Shown: positions 54,661-64,000 of the stretch, piece after piece | Numbering within the stretch: the first letter of the stretch is position 1 | How the letters are laid out: each line of letters starts with the position of its first letter | Origin: Flaccisagitta enflata | Taxonomy: Eukaryota | Length of the DNA stretch: 64,000 nt | NCBI GenBank assembly: GCA_965153355.1 | Contig: OZ231126.1 | Coordinates: forward strand, 3,534,001 to 3,598,000 | Direction of reading: 5' to 3' | Program-made: the position numbers and the translations under genes | Notes under the pieces: generated by a model | The model's input: only the letters and a program-made list of their open reading frames with translations | The model's database searches: none | What the model was told of the DNA's origin: nothing

Positions 54661-57545
54661 ACAATCGCACGCGGCTGTAAGGTGTTGGCCTAGTTGGTCA
54701 AGAAAAAAAATTGTATTGTTCCGCTAAGTAAATCCGTTACTTAAGAGACAGATCCCTTCCCATTTTCTTTATATTCAGGGAATGTGCTTTTGGAGAGACT
54801 AACGAAGGGGTTGAATGAGCTAAAGTTGAAGAGAAGGCAGCACATGGTCATGAACCTTCGCGGTATGTTAATGGCTTGACCACACAGAAGTTTCACGATG
54901 AAAGAATCATTTCTGAGCTTCAAAAAAACCTCTTTGAAACCTGGTTTTTGATATGCTTATGCATGTAGGGGACGCCACGTCCACCACGTCCATGGACGTG
55001 GTACAGAGGTACCAATTCTGTGTAGCATGGAAGCAATGCTACGCGGCAGACAAGCGTCAAAGTGCGGTAGATGTGGCTAAGAAGCAGGGGGGCAGACGCT
55101 TAAGCGGGAATCACGGGGGAGATGGATGGAATGATTGTTATGAGGAAAGAACTGAATGCCAGATTTTCGATTTCGCGCAACTGCTTGCCTCGGTGGATAT
55201 AATGCTCATTTGCATATTGCAGCAAATAGTTTTGTGCATGCCTCGCAAAGCTCTTAAAACCATAATTGTAGTCGTTCAAAATGTCAAACATTTTCTTTTT
55301 TTCTATGGCCGAGCAAAGGCCCAATAATTTTGTAATAACAGTGAAAAATGGCGAATCTTTCAAAGAAAGGTTGACTGTCAAACATGATTGCGTTTTGTTC
55401 AAAGGGATGTTGAGGATGGAAAAATTTCTGGGGTAAGTGAAATCTTGCATAGATGATTAATACTTCTCCATTAGCATGGGTGCGTGTGTGGCCCCAAAAC
55501 ATTGCTTGACTCGTTCATGAGCCATAGCCCATGTTCGATTGGTGTCTGAGCCTTTGATGAAAAGGGTTGTTGAGCATTTCAAATAAATAAGGGATGAGGA
55601 AATTTTATACACAGTTCAGAGCCAATATACGAGCTTGTGAAATTTTCACTGAAAAACGCGGCAGCTTGTGCTGAATTTCCTTTGCTACGCGGCAGGCTAG
55701 CAAAATCGGCACCTCTGATGTGGTTTAAGTCGGTCTTGAAAACTAAGTCGGACTTGAATAAGGAGTGATTCCATATTGAAAAATTTGAAATTTTCTTGAA
55801 AAACTGTTTAAAAAGAGAAAAATTTAATTAAGTTTGTTTGAAATATCACAAAAAAGTCTCTGGATAGAAGATGTTTATTCATGAATGATGCAAAAAGTCA
55901 AAAAATTAATATTTTTTCTTAGTTTTTTCCTTTTTTTGAGTAAGTTGGTCTTGATTCTGACTCGGTCATGAAATGCTTAGTGGACGTGAACTCCCCTACA
56001 TCCATGGATATGCTTAAATACAAGTCAGTCTGTAGGTCCACCCTATCAAGCTTAGTTGCTTTAGCAATCAACCAAAAATGTTTGCCCGCTTGAAACTTGT
56101 AAAACAACAGTTTCCTTGAAGTACCGATATAACATGAATTCTGCGGTACTTACAAGGCAAATGTAAATTGCTCGTGCCTCCTATGATAAAGTTTGTTACA
56201 AACCTTTCGCAATTCTTTTCGTATTTGTTCTAGATCTCAAACCTGGATCTCGAACCTGGAGGGAGCAATATAATCCTGAGGGCGAGGACAAGGGCTGCTC
56301 CTACAGCGATTGGCAAAGCCGGGACTGTGGCTAATGCTATTTTAGTCAATTCTATTTTAGTTAACTGCACGGACAAGATGAAAATCAAGTTTAACTTTAA
56401 CTTGCACAAACTGGCTCTTCCTCGATAACTAATTGCTGATTAAAAATATAACAATAATGAGCCGTGCAGCCACAAATATGTAGAGGTTCTTTTTGCGGTA
56501 AAGATATTTTAAATGAAGAATTTTGACTTAGTAGATTTCGTTAATTTTTTACTTAGTATTTTATCCTCTTTTAACAATTGTAAGTCAAAACCAATCGCTT
56601 TCAATGCGTTTTCAATTAAAAAGACACGTCCAACCCTGCCTAACTGGGCATGCGACGGTGATTGAATTCTGGTACTTGACTTCTAGTACTTCCTTGATAA
56701 TTCTTTAGCGATTTAACCGAGCCGCCAGAATGTTCAAATGAAAGTTGGTGTAAATACAGTGCGGCGCAAAAAAAGCAGGATACAGTAATTGTTGTCTGGT
56801 CTTGGAAAAACGGGGAAACTCATTACAGGAAGACAAATGAAGTTAAAGAATAAAGAATGTAAACTGATACAAGTAGTAAGGGGAATCAAAAATTTTATAT
56901 TAAGTCAGACCAGGATTTACATTGGGGTATCTCTCCATAAGCTATCTATTATATAATTTGTCAAAAAATATGAGCAGGGATCAATTTATGTACAAACTAG
57001 ACTAACTTCTTTTAACGTTAACTGTTTAGAAATTATCGTGCGCTGCATTGTTCTCTTTTTTACAGTTAAAAAGTACATCTAATGTTGACGGATTTCCGTT
57101 GGAGAGCCTAGTAGACGTATAGAATAGATCCGACGATGTGACATGCAGAAGGACGAACCGACATTGAGACATTGTGACTTGCAGACAGAACGACATTGAG
57201 CCAATGTGACTTGCAGACGGACCGATATTGAGACAATGTAACAGGCAGACGGACTGACATTAAGACAATGTGACTTACAGACGGACCGAAAAAGAGATAA
57301 AGGAACTTGTAGAGACGGAGTAAGGTGACTTTTAAGAATTGCAGCTGTGTCAACATGGCAAAAAAATGTTTTAGTCAGATGGCGCATTATGTCCAGGCTA
57401 GGCATTCAAATGAGCAAACAATAAACAGAAGGACTAGTGATAGACAAGCCCGACCGGGCGATGCGTCCGGACTGTGTCGCTGCGTGTATTGATCATGTGA
57501 CATATATGGAGAGACAGATGGACGAACAGACGGGTAAAACGACTT

Positions 57546-57806
57546 GGTACTGTTTTCGAATTCGGTGATGTCTTTTGTTTTACTGACTTTCTCAGCGGGT
57601 TTTTATTTAGGGTTAGGGGTAGGGTTAGGGTTAAGGTTGGGGTTGGGGGTGGTTTTAGGGTTAGGGTTAGGGTCAGAGCTAGCGTTAGGGCAAGGTGAGA
57701 GCTGAGTTAAATACATTTCAACCCGAATCTACTCGAATTAAAGCTTCGCCCAAACGGGAAAACCTGATAGAAACAAAAGATCAGTATCGTCTTCGAATTT
57801 TTTTCC
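57546..57806. mobile_element. MITE with GG...CC ends, 8-bp TSD and a TTAGGG-like core
   Basis: TSD aacgactt at 57538-57545 and 57807-57814; empty site at ~36885; degenerate (TTAGGG)n at ~57608-57690. Confidence 0.72.
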
Positions 57807-59526
57807 AACGACTTTAGTAGTAAATGAGGCTCTCAAAACATGTTGGTTGATCATTTGTTTCAGTCTAGGATCTCTCTATGGACAAAACGCGGTTTTCACA
57901 CAGGCGTAACGGACGGACCGACGGACGGACGGTTGGACGGACAGACGGACGGACAGACAGACCTTATACAGTTGCGTTCCTGACAGACGCATCTTAACAA
58001 GGCCAAGTGAAGGCCAATAAGTGCGCCTCGCTTGATTAAGAATTTGTGAATGAACGTTTTTGATGAATGAATGAATGAATGAATGAATGAATGAATGAAT
58101 GAATGAATGAATTAATGAATGAATGAATGAATGAAAATGAATGTGGTAAGGCATGTAAGGTGATAGGAATGAAGAAATACGTCAGAATCAGCCGTTTTGC
58201 TCATTTCAAACGTTTGCGTGACCGACCAACCGACCGACCGACCGACCGACGGACATGACCTCTTATAGAAGTGCGAGGACGCACTTAAAAACAGGAAAGA
58301 GACCTCAAGACCTAAAGAAGTGCCATCTAGTTCATTTAACAAGCGCATGACTATAGTTTCGACTCCCATCATACATTTAAGTCGTCACCAGGACTACTAG
58401 AGATCATGTCCGTCGGTCGGTCAATCGGTCCGTCGCGCTTATGGTTGACCTGACCTGGCCCCAGTCGTTGGCTCTCTTTCGTAGTTTTTTCTCCCTCAGT
58501 TGTTACCTCCGTTGGATGTTTTCATTATCATTTAAAAATATTTGAAATTATTTTTACAACAACAATGAATATCTAATCCACGCATCGAACAATTTCAAAT
58601 CAAATTCTATAAATATTTATCAAATATTCAAATTACTTGGTTTAAATTTTCAACGAGAAAATCAACAAACATTAACTACTGCATAATATTATCTTTTTTT
58701 CATCTATCTTTTTTTTTTCGAGGGGTGGGGCCATGGGGGAGGGGGGGTTGTAGAAAGGATTTGCATTAATCAGTATGCAGTCCACATAGGCCCACTAATG
58801 AACACCTGGTTGTCAGTATGCAACTTGGTCTCCACAACGAGAAAGGAGGAAACGCAATTAGACTTACATCATCATCAACATTACCGAGGAAGAGAGAGAA
58901 ACCACTCCATTTGTATTAGGGTGGTGCGAAGAGGGGAGAAAGGAGAAACCGGTCGGGGTGGGAAAGGGTGGTGGGGGTAGGTAGGGGTACTGGTAGATTG
59001 GTGGAAGTGCCCACAATGGCATAGTTAGAGACAAAGACGTTATAGATGAGGACGCTGACGACGTTAAACACGACGACCATGACGACGACGTTGAAGATGA
59101 CGTAGACGACAATGACGACGTATAGCTTAGACGACCGTGGCGACTGTATTTCCTTTCGGTTTGCGTTTAAGGAGGCAATGACTTGAAGGGCACAGACGCT
59201 ACAGACGGCCAACTAACCACCCCCTCCCCCCCCGGCGGCCAACCTACGAACAACCCCCCTTTTACTACCCCCCCCCACAAAAGACGCCTCTGCCAGAGCC
59301 AACCGGCTTCTCTGCTAAGTCGAGAGCTCGAGAGAAGGAAGAAAAATGAAGGGGAAAAAAGAAATGGGAAAATAAAGAGGGAAACGTTGGAAGTTATAAG
59401 TAAAAATCAAACCGGAGAGGAGCAGAAGAAGAAGAAGAAGAAGAAGAAGAAGAAGAAGAAGAAGAAGAAGAAGAAGAAGAAGAAGAAGAAGAAGAAGAAG
59501 AAGAAGAAGAAGAAGAAGAAGAAGAA

Positions 59527-59573
<47 letters not shown>

Positions 59574-59912
59574 AGAAGAAGAAGAAGAAGAAGAAGAAAA
59601 ACGAAATGGACAGAATGGCGGAGTAAGAGATTGAGAAGAAGAAGAAGAAGAAGAAGATGAAAAGAAAAGAAAAGAAAAGAAAAGAAAAGAAAAGAAAAGA
59701 AAAGAAAAGAAAAGAAAAGAAAAAGAAGAAGAAAAATAGTCTACGAAGCGTAGGGAGGTCAAATTGTCAGGCCATGCGACTAGAACTGCCCCTGCCCAAG
59801 TTACGAAACGGTCAAACGGTCATTGAAGTCATTGCCCCAGCACATCCTCACATCCTTGCAGTACATAATCGTCAGATAGACAAGTCGCTCGCTCTCTCTT
59901 TCTCTTTCTCGC

Positions 59913-59996
<84 letters not shown>

Positions 59997-60314
59997 CCCA
60001 CAAATGCCATACCATCATTTCTGTATTATCTTGTAGAATTACGTTAACTTTTGTCGGCTTTTTGCAAAAGGTGTTTTTATAACCCTCTAACTTGGCGTCT
60101 TACGCCATTTTTTTCCCTCGCCACCCACAAGCTCAAGAATATCATCTGCAATACTCGTAAAATCTGAAATACTTGCGAAAATTACAAAATCAGAAATAAT
60201 GTAAAGGAAAAGTGAGATGAAACATGATGCCGCGGGTGGGCAGGGGCAGTGAAGCTGTGGCTAAGAGACAGCGGACAGGGGAAGTGCACAAAATCGGTAA
60301 CGAGAACACTTTTT

Positions 60315-61809
60315 GGGCAGCGGCCCCGAAGGGGACGAAGTCCTGTAGAACACAGGGGGACTTTCGTTCGTTCGTTCGTTCGTTCGTTCGTTTGTTCATC
60401 CGTCCCGCCCCTCGAGGCCTCTCAGGCCTGAAATCTGCACCGAAGTCCTCAGATCTGCCCTCTCAGACCTGAAATCTGCCCTTTCAGACCTTAAATTTGT
60501 CCTGAAATGCTTGAAATCTGCTCTCCAAGGCCTTAAATCTGCTCTCTCAGGCCTGAAATCTTCCCTCACAGGCCTTTGATCTGCCTTTCTAGACTTTTGA
60601 ACCCCCTTGTGTTCTACAGGACTTCGTTCCTTCGGGGCCCTCCCTGCTTCTAAATGGCCCTCTCAAGCCTCAAATCAACCCATCAAGCCTTAAATCAGTC
60701 GTCTCAGACCTTAGATCAGCCCTTTCTAGCCTAAGACAATACTTTCAGGCATCATTAGCCCCCTCAAACCTGCAATCTGTCCTCAAAGGCCTGAAATCTG
60801 CTCTCTCAGGCCTGAAATCTGCCCTCACAGACCGTAAATCTGTCCTTTCAGGCCTTTGATCAGCCTTTCTAGACCTTTGAATCCCCTTGTGTTCTACAGG
60901 ACTTCGTACCCTTCGGGGCCCTCCCTGCCTCTAAATGGCCCTCTCAAGCTTCAAATCAACCCTGTCAAGCATCAAATCAGTCCTCTCAGACCTTAAATCA
61001 GCCCTTTCAAGCCTCAGACAATAAATTCAGGCATCATTAGCCCTCTCAAACCTGAAATCTGTCCTCAAAGGCCTGAAATCTGCCTTCAAAGGCCTGAAAT
61101 CTGCCCTCTCAGACCTGAAATCTGCCCTCACAGGCCTGAAATCTGCTCTCTCAGGCTTGAAATCTGCACTCACAGGCCTGAAATTTGCCCTTTTGGGCAG
61201 CGGCCCCAAAGGGGACGAAGTCCTGTAGAACACAGGGAAACTTTCATTTGTCCGTTCGTCTATTCGTCCGTCCGTCCGTCCGTCCCCCCCGGGCCCTTTC
61301 AGGCCTGAAATCTGCCCTATCAGGCCTGAAATATGCCCTATCAGGCCTGAAATCTACCCTCTCAGCCCTAAATCTGCCCTCAGGCCTGCAATCTGTCCTC
61401 ACAGGCCCTAAATCTGCCCTCTCATGCAGATTCAAGGCTTGAGAGGGCAGATTTTGGGCCTGAGAGGGTAGATTTCAGGTCTGATAGGGCAGATTTCAGG
61501 CCTGGGAGGGCATATTTCAGGCCTAAGAGGGCCTGGGGGAGATGGACGGATGGACAGACGGACGGACGGATGGACAGACGGACGGACGGACGGACGGACG
61601 GACGGACGGACGGACGGACGGACGGACGGACGGACGGACGGACGGACGGACAGACAGACGGACGGACGGACAGACGAAAGTCCCCTTGTGTTCTACAGGA
61701 CTTCGTCCCCTTCGGGGCCGCTGCCCTGCTTCCTCTCACTCAATTTCACAATCAAGCAAAGCAGGGCAACGGGTATCGCTGACCACGTATTGCCCTTGGG
61801 CGACCTGTT
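60315..61809 (+). mobile_element. Cluster of family B HINE-like elements (truncated 60315-61190, complete 61195-61809)
   Basis: Same termini. The empty site at ~39790 (aacacttttt|actatctgtg) shows insertion into a T-run with no distinct TSD. Confidence 0.78.
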
Positions 61810-62460
61810 ACTATCTGTGACGGATGGACTGATCTACCATCCCAAAGAAAGACAGTAACTGCGAATGAGATACAGACATGAAATTCGTCAATCGTCACAT
61901 CATCAAGGAAGGGCTGCACTGTGGGCTGAATTGTGCGCTAGGTGGCTTATTGGGGATTGACATTGCATCTTTTCTATTACATTGTTCCTTATGAAATATA
62001 CAGAGTGAAAAGCATTTTTCCGCATACTTTCAGATGTTATGAAACTATTTATACCCAATATTGACTCATTTCTATTGGATTAAATGCTTTATGACCTTAG
62101 AGTGCAAAAGAAGAGAAATTTGTGAAAAGCAAGTGAAAAATACTGCTAAACTCTTTTACATTTAGTATTTAAGTTGTCTAATAACTTGACCAAATCAATC
62201 AAATTTTTGTCTTTGTTCAATAAAATTCCTTAATAAGGTGCTAAAAAAAATCATTTTTTTGCTCATTTAGCTCATTTTGCTCATTTTTCTTCCAATCAAA
62301 TATAGATTTTTACTTTTATCCACATTATTACTTGTCCATTTTAGGCCAAAAAAATCGCAATTTGCATGGCGAAGCACGGCTTGAGCCATAGCATTCTGGA
62401 TTCAAGACCCCTTGAACTACATTTTGGCATAGGTCGCTCATTGTGCGTCCTTGTGCGATT

Positions 62461-63947
62461 TTTTAGTCGCGTGCACGCGACTCTACAACCCGCTCCGTCG
62501 GTCGGTCGGTCGGTTGGTCGGTCGGTCGGTCGGTCGGTCCGTAACACTTTGCTTTTTTGCGTCGTTTTTTGTCATTTTGGGTCGTCTGGAGTTATTTTGA
62601 ATCATTTTTTTGGTGTTTTTGATAATTATTGGTTGTTTTTGGTCATTTTTTATCATTTTTGGTCATTTTTGTCATTTTAGTCATTTTGGTCATTTTGGTC
62701 ATTTTTGATCATTTTTGATCATTTTTGGTCATTTTTGGTCATTTTTGGTCATTTTTGGTCATTTTTGGTCATTTTGGTCAATTTGGTCATTTCGTTCATT
62801 TTGGTCATTTTGGTCATTTTGGTCATTTCGGTCAAAATTGGTCATTTTTGGTCATTTTTGGTCATTTTTGGTCATTTTTGGTCATTTTTGGTCATTTTTG
62901 GTCATTTTTGGTCATTTTTGGTCATTTTTGGTCATTTTGGTCATTTTGGTCATTTTGGTCATTTTTGGTCATTTTGGTCATTTTGGTCATTTTTGATCAT
63001 TTTTGGTCATTTTTGGTCATTTTGGTCATTTTTTTCATATTATTAGTATATCTAACTATAATTAGTTTGATATATATTATCAAAACTATATAAAATCATA
63101 TATATATATATTGTATTGTATTGTATGCTATGATAACATATTGTATACAATTTCAATGGATATTGTATTGTATTGGTATTGTATTGTATTGTCCCAATAC
63201 TTGAAAGTATTGTATTGGTATTGTATAGTTGACGAAAATGTTATATAGCTCAGGCCTGGGTTTAAGTCTGGTTTAAGTCTGGTTTAAGTCTGGTTTGAGT
63301 CTGGTTTGAGTCTGGTTTGAGTCTGGTTTGAGTCTGGTTTGAGTCTGGTTTGAGTCTGGTTTGAGTCTGGTTTGAGTCTGGTTTGAGTCTGGATTGAGTC
63401 TGGCTTGAGTCTGGTTTAAGTCTGGTTTGAGTCTGGTTTATGTCTGATTGATGTCTGGTTTAGGTCTGGTTTAGGTCTGGTTTTTGTCTGATTCATGTCT
63501 GGTTTGGGTCTGGTTTATGTCTGGTTTAGGTCTGGTTTAGGTCTGGTTAGGTCTGGTTTAAGACTGGTTTAATTCTGGTTTAATTCTGGTTTAATTCTGG
63601 TTTAATTCTGGTTTGAGTCTGGTTTGAGTCTGGTTTGAGTCTGGTTTGAGTCTGGTTTGAGTCTGGTTTGTGTCTGATTTGAGTCTGGTTTGAGTCTGGT
63701 TTGAGCCTGGATTGAGTCTGGTTTGAGTCTGGATTGAGTCTGGATTGAGTCTGGGTTGAGTCTGGTTTGAGTCTGGTTTGAGTCTGGATTGAGTCTGGTT
63801 TGAGTCTGGTTTAGGTCTGGTTTAGGTCTGGTTTGGGTCTGGTTTGGGTCTGGTTTAAGTCTGATTTTTGATAAAAAGATACAAGAAGGAGTCACGTCAG
63901 TTCAGTTATTTTTGTCCTGCACGCGACTTATAGGTGTTGGCCTTGTT
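62461..63947 (+). mobile_element. Family A HINE-like element expanded by internal satellites (GGTCATTTT(T))n, (ATTGT)n and (GAGTCTGGTTT)n
   Basis: Begins ttttagtcgcgtgcacgcgactctacaacc, ends cacgcgacttataggtgttggccttgtt; arrays at ~62640-63030 and ~63255-63860. Confidence 0.68.
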
Positions 63948-64000
63948 ATATTTATAGGGTAATAAAAGCATGCAAATTAGGTCAAATATGTAGTAATAGT

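Larger units (their letters stand above)
57070..61916 (+). repeat. Composite block, copy B
   Basis: Paralog of 36440-39897 with three extra insertions. Confidence 0.9.

Overview
AT-rich, microsatellite- and transposon-dense eukaryotic (probably invertebrate metazoan) genomic DNA. Reading splice sites by hand gives four protein-coding genes. (1) A complete 7-exon ARPC1 (Arp2/3 complex subunit 1, 379 aa, 9259-22825, +). (2) A 3-exon orphan secreted Cys-rich precursor nested on the same strand in ARPC1 intron 2. (3) A 9-finger C2H2 zinc-finger gene nested antisense in that same intron. (4) A two-repeat beta-thymosin/WH2 gene (34047-42224, +). Bases 1-5885 are a second copy of ARPC1 exons 1-2 plus the peptide gene, either an uncollapsed haplotype or a real tandem duplicate. 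The most unusual signal is that exon ends, often with their splice sites, are re-copied ('echoed') into the adjacent introns: 10 donor echoes and 2-4 acceptor echoes around ARPC1 exon 3, and an in-frame echo after exon 5. Non-coding DNA contains many Helentron-like (HINE/DINE-1-type) elements carrying growing satellites, hAT- and Tc1-type MITEs, foldback palindromes, a tRNA-derived SINE, a LINE fragment, and a duplicated ~3.4 kb block whose empty and filled sites define element ends. No database searches were run; all calls come from reading the sequence.
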